A stretch of 54,563 bases of DNA from the NCBI RefSeq assembly GCF_001194135.2, contig NC_068982.1, positions 69,198,099 through 69,252,661 on the forward strand. Reading direction: 5' to 3'. The stretch's first letter is position 1, and each line of letters opens with the position of its first letter. The notes beneath the pieces are model-generated. The model had not been told where the DNA came from, made no database searches, and saw only the letters and a program-made list of their open reading frames with translations. A program made the translations under genes and the position numbers. This document shows, piece after piece, positions 25,371 to 38,293 of the stretch. This DNA comes from Octopus bimaculoides (taxonomy: Eukaryota).

Positions 25371-26489
25371 TTTAATTCCCCCCCCCCTCGTTCTTCCTCT
25401 GTACTACTACGTATCTCGCTTTACCCCTCTCGTTCTTCCTCTGTTACTACTACGCATCTCTTTTTCCCCCTCGTTTTTCCTCTCTTTCTCNNNNNNNNNN
25501 NNNNNNNNNNNNNNNNNNNNNNNNNNNNNNNNNNNNNNNNNNNNNNNNNNNNNNNNNNNNNNNNNNNNNNNNNNNNNNNNNNNNNNNNNNNNNNNNNNNN
25601 NNNNNNNNNNNNNNNNNNNNNNNNNNNNNNNNNNNNNNNNNNNNNNNNNNNNNNNNNNNNNNNNNNNNNNNNNNNNNNNNNNNNNNNNNNNNNNNNNNNN
25701 NNNNNNNNNNNNNNNNNNNNNNNNNNNNNNNNNNNNNNNNNNNNNNNNNNNNNNNNNNNNNNNNNNNNNNNNNNNNNNNNNNNNNNNNNNNNNNNNNNNN
25801 NNNNNNNNNNNNNNNNNNNNNNNNNNNNNNNNNNNNNNNNNNNNNNNNNNNNNNNNNNNNNNNNNNNNNNNNNNNNNNNNNNNNNNNNNNNNNNNNNNNN
25901 NNNNNNNNNNNNNNNNNNNNNNNNNNNNNNNNNNNNNNNNNNNNNNNNNNNNNNNNNNNNNNNNNNNNNNNNNNNNNNNNNNNNNNNNNNNNNNNNNNNN
26001 NNNNNNNNNNNNNNNNNNNNNNNNNNNNNNNNNNNNNNNNNNNNNNNNNNNNNNNNNNNNNNNNNNNNNNNNNNNNNNNNNNNNNNNNNNNNNNNNNNNN
26101 NNNNNNNNNNNNNNNNNNNNNNNNNNNNNNNNNNNNNNNNNNNNNNNNNNNNNNNNNNNNNNNNNNNNNNNNNNNNNNNNNNNNNNNNNNNNNNNNNNNN
26201 NNNNNNNNNNNNNNNNNNNNNNNNNNNNNNNNNNNNNNNNNNNNNNNNNNNNNNNNNNNNNNNNNNNNNNNNNNNNNNNNNNNNNNNNNNNNNNNNNNNN
26301 NNNNNNNNNNNNNNNNNNNNNNNNNNNNNNNNNNNNNNNNNNNNNNNNNNNNNNNNNNNNNNNNNNNNNNNNNNNNNNNNNNNNNNNNNNNNNNNNNNNN
26401 NNNNNNNNNNNNNNNNNNNNNNNNNNNNNNNNNNNNNNNNNNNNNNNNNNNNNNNNNNNNNNNNNNNNNNNNNNNATATATATGTGTGT

Positions 26490-26712
26490 GTGTGTTTGTG
26501 TGTCTGTGTTTGTCTCCCCACCATCGCTTGACAACCGATGGTGGTGTGTTTACGTCCCCGTAACTTAGCGGTTTGGCAAAAAGAGACTGATAGAATAAGT
26601 ACTAGGCTTACAAAGAATAAGTCCTGGGGTCGATTTGCTCGACTAAAGGCGGTGCTCCAGCACGGCCGCAGTCAACTGACTGAAACAAGTAAAAGAATAA
26701 AAGAGTAAAAGA

Positions 26713-26720
<8 letters not shown>
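26490..26720 (+). mobile_element. SINE-B 3' module
   Basis: Near-identical to 38505-38705. Confidence 0.85.
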
Positions 26721-26753
<33 letters not shown>

Positions 26754-26986
26754 TACACACACATATACACACACAAACACACACGTACACATACACAGAG
26801 ATATATATGTATATATACACACATATATAGTTTAATTGTACATCTATAATAGTGATTAAACGTTAATTATTTTCATTTATTTAATCATGATTTCTTTTAA
26901 ACGATGTAACTTTAAGCAGAAACTTATGAAAGATATGTGTGTGTGTATGTGTGTCTGTCTGTCTGTCTGTGTATATGCTTGTGGGA

Positions 26987-27029
<43 letters not shown>

Positions 27030-27063
27030 CGCGCGTGCGTGTAAATATTATTGCTGCTGCTAT

Positions 27064-27250
27064 ACACCCTATAGTATTTCTGCTAAGCGTTTAACAGTAT
27101 TTCTGTTAAATACCCTGTAGTGTTTCTGTTAAATACCCTGTAGTATTTTTGCTAAACACCCGACAGCAGTTCTCACTATCCATCAGTATCTCCACTAAAT
27201 ACCCGATAATATATCATCGAATTACCCAGAAATACACATTAAAGACCCTT
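27064..27250. repeat. Degenerate ~23-bp minisatellite (tagtatttctgttaaataccctg)
   Basis: Two near-perfect adjacent units at ~27085-27130, decaying outward. Confidence 0.55.
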
Positions 27251-27735
27251 TTAGGATTAACTTAACCAATTATCACTCCGGGGTTGATAAAATAAATGCT
27301 ATTAATGCCCTGAATGCACTAAAGTTATCCCCATATAACTCTACAACCTTATAAATACGATACAAACCTACACCTCAAACGTTTTTAAGCGATTATCCGC
27401 CAGTATTTACTTTTATTCCACCAACGTTCTAATTTCAAATCTTGCCAGACGCGATATTTTGCATCTTCAAACACAAACATGAACGCATAAATAAATATAT
27501 ACAGATATACATACGTGCATACATACAAACATGCATACATACATACATACATACATACATACATACATACATACATACGTACGTACAAATATACATACAT
27601 AAATGCATACATACATTCATAAATACATACATATATACATACATACATACATACAGAGAAACATTTACCTAATATATATTACCACTCTCGTCACCACCAC
27701 TTTCTCTTAGGCATGGTTGTGTGGTAAGATGGTAG

Positions 27736-28405
27736 GTGCAGGCGTGGCTGTGTGGTAAGAAGTTTGCTTCCCAAGGCGGCGAGCTGGCAGAAACGTTACC
27801 ATGCCGGGCGAAATGCTTAGCGGTATTTCGTCTGTCTTTACGTTCTGAGTTCAAATTCCGCCGAGGTTGACTTTGCCTTTCATCCTTTCGGGGTCGATGA
27901 ATTAAGTACCAGTTACGCACTGGGGTCGATGTAATCGACTTAATCTCTTTGTCTGTCCTTGTTTGTCCCCTCTATGTTTAGCCGCTTGTGGGCAATAAAG
28001 AAATAAGAAGCTTGCTTCCCAACCACATGGTTCTGGGTTCAGTCCCACTGCGTGTTACCTTGGGCAAGTGTCTTCTACTATAGCCTAGGGCTGACCAGAG
28101 CCGTGTGAGTGGATTTGGTAGACGGAAACTGAGAGAAGCCCGTCGTATATGTATATATGTAAGTATATTTATATGTGTGTGTCTTTATGCCTGTGTTTGT
28201 CTTCTCACCATCGCTTGACAACTGATGTCTGTGTTTACGTCCCCGTAACTTAGCGGTTCGGCGAAAGAGACCGATAGAATAAGTACTAGGCTTACAAAGA
28301 ATAAGCCATAGGATCGATTTCTTCGACTAAAACCCTTTAAGGCGGTGCTCCAGCATGGCCGCAGTCAAATACCTGAATCAAGTAAAAGAATAAGAGTAAA
28401 AGAAT
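27736..28405 (+). mobile_element. SINE-B with SINE-A (27774-28003) inserted in its tRNA head
   Basis: 18-bp TSD taagaag(t/c)ttgcttccca at 27756-27773 and 28004-28021. Confidence 0.9.
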
Positions 28406-28925
28406 ATACGCATATAATTTAGATGAGTAGGTAAGTGCATGCAGACATGCGCATTCGTGCTTTTCTGTCTCTTATCCCGTTTGTCACATTTTCGCTTAGC
28501 ATACATAAGTTAATCCATTCATTTATCTATATTTCCTTCGTTTGAATATCACTCCTTTTTCTCCAATTTCTCTCTCTCCATCTCTCTATTTCTTCTTCCT
28601 CTTTTCATTACTTTCTTCACTCTTCTTTTCTTTCTTCCTGTCTTTCTCACTCCGCCCTCCTACCCGCCCACCAACCTCTATGAATTACTATTCTGTTTAT
28701 CAACATATCTTACTCTTTAATTCTAACGGAATTCTACTACTAATGCTCTCCATGAAAATTCCAATATTTTCATTTCTCGTTCCTCATTTTTCAAAAACCG
28801 ATCATCGTTTGTTATTACTAATTTCACTTTTCTCCCTTACCTGCAATTCACCAAGTCCGAGCCAGAAGAGAGTTCAATAGATATTTCCTTTCATATACAG
28901 ACATATTGAGTGATTAATCCTGCAG

Positions 28926-29063
28926 AACTTCTTGGGGGCAATGATAATAAAAGATGGCGAGAAAATGGATGTAGCAAAGTTCATAAAACATTGGAAGATA
29001 AATGAGACAGATGAAATAAAAAATTTACTTGGCTATCAAATGACAGAGAGAAGACAACATGCA
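28926..29063 (+). CDS. Weak candidate exon (NFLGAMIIKDGEKMDVAKFIKHWKINETDEIKNLLGYQMTERRQHA)
   Basis: cctgcag| acceptor, gca|gtaaat donor, phase 0-0, inside a ~66-codon open frame; no family recognised. Confidence 0.28.
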
Positions 29064-29298
29064 GTAAATACTTTCAAATGTTCACATTTACGAATAAAAG
29101 TGTGAGATACAAATATTTGTATATGTGCATGGACCCTGCCTCTATACATCATAATCTTCGCTTCATCATATATTTATACATATGTACATTCACGTATATA
29201 CGTGTGTATGTATGTATGTATGTATGTATGTATGCATGTATGTATGTATGTATGTATGTATGTATGCATAATATATTTATCGATGCTTATATCAATCA

Positions 29299-29336
<38 letters not shown>

Positions 29337-29462
29337 TTATCTATCTATTTATCTATCTATCTACCTAGCTAGCTAGTCAGATATGGTGCGTGTATTTGGT
29401 ATACAAACAGGATAAATAACATTCAATATATGTATGCGTGTCTATTTATGTATTTGTATATT

Positions 29463-29517
<55 letters not shown>

Positions 29518-29760
29518 NNNNNNNNNNNNNNNNNNNNNNNNNNNNNNNNNNNNNNNNNNNNNNNNNNNNNNNNNNNNNNNNNNNNNNNNNNNNNNNNNNN
29601 NNNNNNNNNNNNNNNNNNNNNNNNNNNNNNNNNNNNNNNNNNNNNNNNNNNNNNNNNNNNNNNNNNNNNNNNNNNNNNNNNNNNNNNNNNNNNNNNNNNN
29701 NNNNNNNNNNNNNNNNNNNNNNNNNNNNNNNNNNNNNNNNNNNNNNNNNNNNNNNNNNNN

Positions 29761-30017
29761 ACCCGGCAGTGGGTTGTGTCCTCGAGCAAGTCACTCTATT
29801 TCACATTGCATTAGTCCATTCAAATGGCAAAAATTAGTAGTACCCGTATTTCAAAAAGCCGGCCTAGTCACATTTTGTGTCACGCTGAATCTCCTGGAAA
29901 CCACGCTTAGAGTACGCGTCTGTGGAGTGTTCAACCACTTGAACGTTAATATCACGAGCAGATTGTTCCGTTGATCGGATCAACTGGAACACTCGTCGTC
30001 GCAACCGACGGAGTGCC
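29761..30017 (+). mobile_element. Hybrid SINE: SINE-D-type core with SINE-C-type 3' tail
   Basis: gttgtgtcctcgagcaagtcactctatttcac core followed by gtcacgctgaatctcc...gatcggatcaactggaac...gacggagtgcca; head lost in the gap. Confidence 0.75.
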
Positions 30018-30771
30018 AGTATACATATATAATCGGCAAAATGTTACAAAAGTGTCATGTACTAAAGCTATCAGGTCTTGAGTCACTTTTATGAATTTAT
30101 TTCGATTAAAAATATTATACATACAAACATACATACATGAAAAATTAATATAAACAGCTAGGCGCAATGCAATCGACTACTATCAGCATAACACACATTC
30201 TCCTAATATTCCACTTGACCTATGTTATCAGGGTTATCTTCTTTGCTTGTTGTTATATTTGAAACGCGTGTAGAAGTTGATTGCAGAAATTATTTCATTT
30301 AATCGAAATCTTTCAACTGACTTTATTACATATGCAAGACCTTCCTGTACTGTTTTTATGTTTAGTATTACAAAATTTATAGAAAATTATATGAGCGTGT
30401 GTGTATGAATACATACATACATACATACATATATACATGCATACATACATACATACATNNNNNNNNNNTACATATACATATATGTGTCTGTGTATGTCTG
30501 TGTATGTCTGTGTGTATGTGTGCATTTGTATATGCATGCGTGTCCGCCAAAGAAACTAAACCCTTTCCGAATCTCGCTAATCCACAGGATATTGTTACAA
30601 TGATTTAAATCATAGAACAGGTGAAAATTAAACATTTTCCTGTATATGGCATTGGTCTGCTATAGACTCCCTCTGTTGTTGTCTAGGCGAACGTCAGCCT
30701 GGGTGTGCTTACCCGTGGCACGAAAATAACCAAATGAACAACTAGACACAACCCAGTTATCCGTTGTTCTA

Positions 30772-30816
30772 GATACACCATGTCTCTGCGTCTCTAAGGC
30801 AGAGACATGGTGTATC
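30772..30816. other. Perfect 18-bp inverted repeat with 9-nt loop
   Basis: gatacaccatgtctctgc (30772-30789) / gcagagacatggtgtatc (30799-30816). Confidence 0.95.
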
Positions 30817-30974
30817 AGTATACTGTACATTCAGTATAAATCTAGTCTAAGGTTGTAAACCAGAGCGAAAGCGAGAGAAAGGTAGACCCAGTCACCTCTG
30901 TTGTTGCTACTTTATGCTAATCATTGTTGATTCAATTTCTAGTACAGCATTATGAAATGCTGTTAGGGCAGTGA

Positions 30975-31180
30975 GATAACAGAATCGTTAGCACGCCGGG
31001 AAATACGCTTAGTGGCATTTCGTCCGTCTTTACGTTGAGTTCAAATTCTACCTAGGTCGGTTTTGCCTTTCAGCCTTTCGAGGTCGATAAAATAAGTACC
31101 GGTTGAACATTGAGGGTCCATGTGATCAACTTAATTCCTCCCACGAAATTACTGGCCTTGTGCCAAAATTTGAAATCATT
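30975..31180 (+). mobile_element. SINE-A
   Basis: Consensus match. Confidence 0.85.
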
Positions 31181-32029
31181 ATTAAATACTGCTAGCTGTT
31201 ATTGTTGTTTAACACTAAGACAAGTCGATAAAGCAGGACTATTGTCAAATACACTCCAACGTAGTAATTCATGCTTTTCAGATGTAGTTCCCCTATGACT
31301 GTTAACCATTTTGTCTTTCCTTTGAACTGTTTATTTTCTTTTTTTTAAGAAAATAAAATGAGCTTTACTGTCTCTAGTTTTCTAAGTATGTATATTTTGT
31401 TTCCTTATCTCTTTTTTTTTTCTGGACTGGGCGGAATTGATAATAGATCTTTACGAATCCACTCGAAGTACGATTCATAAAGCCATCGAAACATTACTTA
31501 ATTCTTACAGTATTCGGATTAATTACACTGATGGGTTATGCTACCCATCATCCTGTTTAGGAGTTAGCTGTACTTTATCATCGAGAGCTAAATTTTCTAG
31601 TCACAAACACTACTCAGTGTCGGTTGACTAAATACGAAAAGCCGAACTCTTTGGTAGTTTATCCGCTATATTTTCCACTCAGCTATTTGCACACTTTCAA
31701 TCTATATAGGAAACATTTATTCATTCAGTCATTTATTTATTTATTGCCAAAAGTTTTCCTCCTCCTCCTCCCCCTTCCCCTCTCTCTCTTTCTCTGATGG
31801 CGATTATAAATGCAGCGACCGAATCTTTTCATGGAAGCCAGGCAGTTTGGTGTGTGCATAGAGCGTCTTTATTATACAGAACTGAAGGAAATGTGTAATT
31901 GCTTCTGTTGGCTGGAGTCCATCTTTAATTTAAGTTGTTTTCCCCACGTCACATTCACTCAGAAATTATATCATTGAGCTATTTAATAATGTATCAATTA
32001 GAGGCGGGAGAATCATCCGCTAAATCATC

Positions 32030-33260
32030 ATCATGGTTGTAGCGATCGTCGTCATCATTATCATCAGCACCACCGTCATCATCAGCGTCATCATAAACAT
32101 TATCGTCGTCACCGTCGTCGTTGTTGCTGCTTTTGCTGTTGTTGTTGTTGTTGGTGGTGGTGGTGTCGTGATGTTGTTGTTGTTGTTGTGGTGGTGGTGG
32201 TGGTGGTGGTGGTGTCGTGATGTTGTTGTTGTTGTTGTTGTGGTGGTGGTGGTGGTGGTGGTGTCGTGATGTTGTTGNNNNNNNNNNNNNNNNNNNNNNN
32301 NNNNNNNNNNNNNNNNNNNNNNNNNNNNNNNNNNNNNNNNNNNNNNNNNNNNNNNNNNNNNNNNNNNNNNNNNNNNNNNNNNNNNNNNNNNNNNNNNNNN
32401 NNNNNNNNNNNNNNNNNNNNNNNNNNNNNNNNNNNNNNNNNNNNNNNNNNNNNNNNNNNNNNNNNNNNNNNNNNNNNNNNNNNNNNNNNNNNNNNNNNNN
32501 NNNNNNNNNNNNNNNNNNNNNNNNNNNNNNNNNNNNNNNNNNNNNNNNNNNNNNNNNNNNNNNNNNNNNNNNNNNNNNNNNNNNNNNNNNNNNNNNNNNN
32601 NNNNNNNNNNNNNNNNNNNNNNNNNNNNNNNNNNNNNNNNNNNNNNNNNNNNNNNNNNNNNNNNNNNNNNNNNNNNNNNNNNNNNNNNNNNNNNNNNNNN
32701 NNNNNNNNNNNNNNNNNNNNNNNNNNNNNNNNNNNNNNNNNNNNNNNNNNNNNNNNNNNNNNNNNNNNNNNNNNNNNNNNNNNNNNNNNNNNNNNNNNNN
32801 NNNNNNNNNNNNNNNNNNNNNNNNNNNNNNNNNNNNNNNNNNNNNNNNNNNNNNNNNNNNNNNNNNNNNNNNNNNNNNNNNNNNNNNNNNNNNNNNNNNN
32901 NNNNNNNNNNNNNNNNNNNNNNNNNNNNNNNNNNNNNNNNNNNNNNNNNNNNNNNNNNNNNNNNNNNNNNNNNNNNNNNNNNNNNNNNNNNNNNNNNNNN
33001 NNNNNNNNNNNNNNNNNNNNNNNNNNNNNNNNNNNNNNNNNNNNNNNNNNNNNNNNNNNNNNNNNNNNNNNNNNNNNNNNNNNNNNNNNNNNNNNNNNNN
33101 NNNNNNNNNNNNNNNNNNNNNNNNNNNNNNNNNNNNNNNNNNNNNNNNNNNNNNNNNNNNNNNNNNNNNNNNNNNNCATCATCATCATCATCATCATCGT
33201 CAACTTCATAAAAAACACCACCACCACCACCACCTTAGTCGTTGTTGTCATCGTCAGAGT
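32030..33260. repeat. (CAT/GTT/GGT) trinucleotide tract spanning a gap
   Basis: Direct read. Confidence 0.85.
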
Positions 33261-33295
33261 CATTATTGCCAGTACAGCTATCACTGATGTCTCAG

Positions 33296-33394
33296 TGTAC
33301 ATCCTCAATGCAATTAATGGATGTCAGTCAGGTCCTTACCATTGAGAAACAGACAGCGACGACTGTTTGTGAAGAAGCGGGTTCAATTCCATAT
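33296..33394 (+). CDS. Weak candidate exon (CTSSMQLMDVSQVLTIEKQTATTVCEEAGSIPY; alternative start 33332)
   Basis: Strong donor tat|gtaagt; cag acceptors at 33295 or 33331; open in phase 0. Confidence 0.25.
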
Positions 33395-33528
33395 GTAAGT
33401 TGGATTTAATTTGATCAACCTTGTGCATCAGAGTATTTTCGAACTCTGTAAATGACGCCCATACACATAACATATACAAATATATACACATATAAACACA
33501 CATACACACGCATACATACATACATACA

Positions 33529-33562
<34 letters not shown>

Positions 33563-33674
33563 CATACATACATACATGAATACATAATACGTACGTATGT
33601 ATGTATGCATGTACGTACGAACATACATAGATAGATATATACATACATACAAGCATACATACATCAACATGAAG

Positions 33675-33758
33675 GGTATTAGTGGAACATTCCCTTCAAG
33701 GCTTCTACCAGGTGCAAACAACAAGCTCAGTATAGATGTTTGGTACAGACAAGAAAAC
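33675..33758 (+). CDS. Weak candidate exon (GISGTFPSRLLPGANNKLSIDVWYRQEN)
   Basis: Donor aac|gtatgt; weak acceptor; phase-compatible with the 33296 candidate. Confidence 0.2.
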
Positions 33759-33909
33759 GTATGTATTATCATACAAGTCAGGTGCTCTGTTGATGTGAAT
33801 ATCTCTTAACACACGCGCACGCACTTACATTTACTAATATAGCGTCTCATAATGACGAGACACTATTTTTAGCTTACAAGATCATGGCCATGACAGGTAA
33901 AAAAAAAAA

Positions 33910-34155
33910 GTCTCCTTCTCGGGTCATATAAAGTCATAAGGGCCGGTTTCCCGGTTTCCATCGCCTATATATTCCCCTCTTGGACGGGACGCCGGTCCGA
34001 CGCAGGATTACTCATTTTTGGCAGCAGAGTGGACTGGACTGGAGCAACGTGAAATGAAGTGTTTTGCTCAAGAACACAATGCATCGCCCGATCCAAGAAT
34101 CGAAACCACAGTCTTATATTCATGACCCCCAACACCCTAACAACTAAGCCATGCG
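33910..34155 (-). mobile_element. SINE-D
   Basis: Reverse complement aligns with 23376-23625. Confidence 0.8.
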
Positions 34156-34289
34156 AGACAGAGCCCAGAAATATACAGCAGTAAAGGCTCTCTCAGAACG
34201 ATATGCTTTTCAAACCGTGAACATCATTAAGAACTCCTGTACCTCCGCTATGTATTGGTTTCAAATTTTGACATAAGGCCAACAATTTG

Positions 34290-34487
34290 GGGGGAGAGGA
34301 TAAATCGATTACATTTGGTAGACGGAAACTGAGAGAATCCCGTCGTATATGTATATATATATATATATGTATACTCCGGAAGGATGAAAGGCAAAGTCGG
34401 CCTTGGCGGAATTTGGAGTCACAGCGTAAAGACAGACGAAATGCCGCAAAGCATTTTGCCCGGTGCGCTAACGATTCTGCCAGCTCG
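34290..34487. mobile_element. Fragments of SINE-B (+) and SINE-A (-)
   Basis: atttggtagacggaaactgagaga; aaggatgaaaggcaaagtcggcc...ctgccagctcgc. Confidence 0.7.
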
Positions 34488-34509
34488 CAGTCTTATGTTT
34501 GTTATCTAT

Positions 34510-34960
34510 TATCACCAGCGGTCAACCATATGCCTTCCCTATCTCTAAGGGTTGGCTTGCTAAGACTCTAGTTCCCTCTGTGTTGAGCTGCATACATACA
34601 ACTAGCCAGGATTCTGTTTAGAGTCCGTTTTTTGATGTCGTCAGTTCACAAACATCTGTGACAGCCTCTTTCTCTCTTTCCATCAGCACTTCCTGCCAGA
34701 ACAGGATGGTCTTGGGCAGTGACTCGTGGTGCATTGTATGTCCAAAGTAGACCTCTGTGGACTTGATTCTCGACAACAGGTGCTTTTGGATTTTTCTTGC
34801 ACATCCTGCATTTGTTACCCAATCATACTAGCTTATCCTTCCAAATCTCCAAACGATTCATATCTAAAAGGCTTCTATCATTCTCTAGGTAGCTGTATTC
34901 ATTATCCAAGATTCTGTTCAATAAAGAACAATTGGCATATAATACAGCAGTTTAAAAGCC
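34510..34960 (-). mobile_element. RTE-clade LINE C-terminal remnant
   Basis: Minus strand WKDK...YFGHTMHHESLPKTIL...ADGKRERG resembles the RTE YFGH..R..SL.KTIL.G..EG.R.RG motif; many lesions. Confidence 0.55.
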
Positions 34961-36699
34961 TCAAATTTAGATGCAGTTATGTCTTTTGAGGTAAAAATCT
35001 TTTACATTCTTATTTTGCCCTAGTTTCGTGTGTTTAAATGTGTTCCAACATTTTGAGACACTTTGTCTATACAAAAGTAGAAAACTAATAATTGTTATGA
35101 TAGTAATGACAACAAACCATAATGATTTCTTGGTTATTGGCAACAAGTACAAATATTTCGTGGGGACAGGCGATAACGATTAAATAGACAAAAGTACTTG
35201 TTTCATCGATCGGAGAGATGAAAACAATAGCCCACAATTTTACCAGCAGCAGCAGTTGTACCGTCACCAGGAAGGAAAAGAGAAAAAGAGAGAGGGGAAG
35301 AGAAGAAGAGAGAAAGGAATGAGAGAAGAAGAAGAAGAAGAAGAAGAAGAAGAAGAAGAAGAAGAAGAAGAAGAAGAAGAGCGAGTAAAATTGAGAGACA
35401 GAGAGAGAGCGAGTGAGAGAGCGAGTGAGAGAGCGAGTGAGAGAGCGAGTGAGAGAGAGGAGGAGGGAGGGAGGGGAGNNNNNNNNNNNNNNNNNNNNNN
35501 NNNNNNNNNNNNNNNNNNNNNNNNNNNNNNNNNNNNNNNNNNNNNNNNNNNNNNNNNNNNNNNNNNNNNNNNNNNNNNNNNNNNNNNNNNNNNNNNNNNN
35601 NNNNNNGGAGGAGGGAGAGAGAGGAGGAGGGAGAGAGAGGAGGAGGGAGAGAGAGGAGGAGGGAGAGAGAGGAGAGCTAGTGTCGACTGCAGGCGATTTC
35701 TGCGTGATTTTAAGTCAGAATATAAATTTGGTTATAGCTAAAGATGGCGATAGATCTTGTCTCATGACCCTAGCAGTTTTGTCATCCAAATATTTTATTT
35801 TATTCTCATCTATATAGAAGTTCTCAATCAACGCCAGTACTTGACTGGTGTTGGTATTCATTTTCATCAGTAACACAAGAATTATAAGGTTGCACTCCAA
35901 GTGTTTAAAAGCAGAACGTCAAAAGACAGAATTCGATACATCAATCCCATCTCGTCTCTTGCTGTAGCGACTCAATCTAGGAATAATGATCGTAATAGGC
36001 AGCAGCATATTAGAATGTGATATATTATAACGGTTTTCGATTTAGGTAAGGCCATCGGTTTTAAGAGGAATGGTTAGTCGATTGCATCAGCCTAATAATT
36101 GTCTGGTACTTTATTTTATTGACTCCCGGCAGGATTTGAATTCTGAACAAACAGAACGTAAAAATATATCTTTAAGCATTTTGTTCGATGCTCTAGTGAT
36201 TCTGCTAGTTTGCCGCCATAATCGCGTACTGTAATGTAACGCAATATACAACAATGTACAATAATATGTAATGCAGTACAATATAATATAGTAATATACA
36301 ATAATTAATAACAATTAACAATAATAAAAAGTTTAAGATTTAACACGTCAAAAATAGAAAATAGAGATAAATAAATGAATGATGGAGACCACCTATCTCT
36401 CCAAGCAAACATCTTCTTTAACTATTGGCCAGCCTAGAGAGTGGCATCATTCATCAGCAGTTACCCTTGTCCTTTCGTGAAATTTAGTCAGGTCTACTCT
36501 CTCTATGTCCATTCTTCAACTCTTTCCACGTCCATTCTCTTTTTTCAAATGGTATTTGAAGAAAGTGTTGAGAGTGTCGTCGAGGAAAACTCTTTCCATT
36601 ACCAATTTCAAAGACGTTCGCCAAACAGCAATAAGTTTTGCCTCAAAGAAACACCAAAAAAAAAAACAAAAGAAAGAAAAGAAAACAAAGACACTAACT

Positions 36700-37760
36700 A
36701 GTTATCCATGTAAAATGGAGGTAATCGAGTGATTATCGCGGTGTTAGCGTCACCAGCCGTTTAACATAAGATTAGAGACAGATGGAGGCGCAATGGCCTA
36801 GTGGTTAGGTCAGCGGACTCGCGGTCATAGGATCGCGGTTTCGATTCCCAGACCGGGCGTTGTGAGTGTTTATTGAGCGAAAACACCTAAAGTTCCACGA
36901 GGTGAACCCTGCTGTACTCTTTCACCACAACTTTCTCTCACTCTTACTTCCTGTTTCTGTTGTGCCTGTAATTCAAAGGGTCACCCTTGTCACACTGTGT
37001 CACGCTGAATATCCCCGAGAACTACGTTAAGGGTACACGTGTCTGTGGAGTGCTCAGCCACTTGCACGTTAATTTCACGAGCAGGTTGTTCCGTTGATCG
37101 GATCAACTGGAACCCTCGACGTCGTAAGCGACGGAGTGCCAACAACAGAGACAGATGGCACGTCGACACAGGATGGGGAAGTGCATGTGGGACAACTTCA
37201 CGAGAAATTATAGTAGCAAAAGATCTGCATCGGAAACAGTGGAAAGTGGAGGTTAGGAAGAGGTACGACCACAAACTACAGAGGTGACTGGGTCGGAGAT
37301 TTGAAAAATCTCGTGGAATTTCCCAATTCAAACAGACCAGGTGCTTCAGCACAACAAGCCGGACTAAGTAGTAGCGGACAAAGTAAAACAGATGTGCTCT
37401 GTAATTGATGTTTCATGACCATTTGACTCACAGATAGTTAAGAAGGGAGGCGAGAAAGTAGACGTATACATTCCTCTTAAATCGAAATAACCAGACTGAA
37501 GAAGATGAAAAAGGCAAAAAATAGTGCCGATTATTATTGGGGCCTTAGGCACAGAATCAAAAGGTATTGAGAGGAACACAAAGAAAATGGGAATATAGTG
37601 TCCAGCAGAGCTTTTGCAAAAACAATTAACTTCATTGGCTCGAATTATCAGAATTATCGGAAAAGTACTATATAGTTTTGAAGATAACAAGTAGCAGGGT
37701 ACCATAGGCTAGAGGTAGCAAGACCGCAACTTATGCAAGATTCCATGAGTTCCAACAAAA
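36700..37760 (+). mobile_element. R4/Dong LINE 3' fragment (RLE domain) split by SINE-C
   Basis: RHxRMG, YDHK, FPIQTDQVLQHNKPD, CSVIDVS, IVPIIIGALGT and LLQK motifs across frameshifts. Confidence 0.7.
36786..37146 (+). mobile_element. SINE-C with 12-bp TSD
   Basis: A box tggcctagtggtt, B box ggtttcgattccc, caacaac tail; TSD agagacagatgg at 36774-36785 and 37147-37158. Confidence 0.95.
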
Positions 37761-37890
37761 TGCCGATACAGCTTAGCACCAATGACGGCGCAACTCATTT
37801 CTACAGCTGAGTGAACTGGAACAATGTGAAATAAAGTGTCTTGCTCAAGAACACAACACACAGGCCGGTCCGGGAATCGAACTCACTGAG
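37750..37890 (-). mobile_element. SINE-D variant fragment
   Basis: Same core and tail as 21540-21790. Confidence 0.65.
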
Positions 37891-37915
37891 CCAAGAATAA
37901 ATAACAATAATAACA

Positions 37916-38270
37916 ATGTAAAAGATGAATACCACTTCGATACCTGCTACCATCGTAGTATTCGGGGTAATAAAAAATGCAACAGAAAAATCCATAGACA
38001 TGATACCAGGAAAGCCATGCTTAAAAGAAATACAGAAAATAACCCTAATGGTGCTGAGCACCTTTTACGTAGAGCCCTATCATCTTAAATTTCATAGTTT
38101 TATAGAATTTTTATTGAGCACTCATATGTACGCGTGCTTCCTTTTTTAAAATGTGTCCAGCACAATCGCTTCTTGACATCATTAAATCATGTATTATATG
38201 AAAAGCATCATATAGATTATTTACTTCAAGTATCAAGGTAGTGCCTAGTGAATAATGTGCAAGTACAGCA
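37916..38270 (+). mobile_element. R4/Dong LINE extreme 3' fragment
   Basis: MNTTSIPATIVVFGVIKNATEKSIDMIPGKPCLKEIQKITLM..HLLRRALS*, then a 3' UTR; starts right after AAT-like repeats. Confidence 0.7.
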
Positions 38271-38293
38271 GATATCAAGGAAAATTTTTCATA

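Noticed and set aside
28843-28921. Perfect minus-strand donor (cag|gtaagg) suggesting an antisense exon
   Set aside because: All three frames from the good acceptor contain stops.
31386-31631. 82-codon open frame (..DWAELIIDLYESTRSTIHKAIETLL..)
   Set aside because: Partly poly-T, no strong donor and no recognisable domain.
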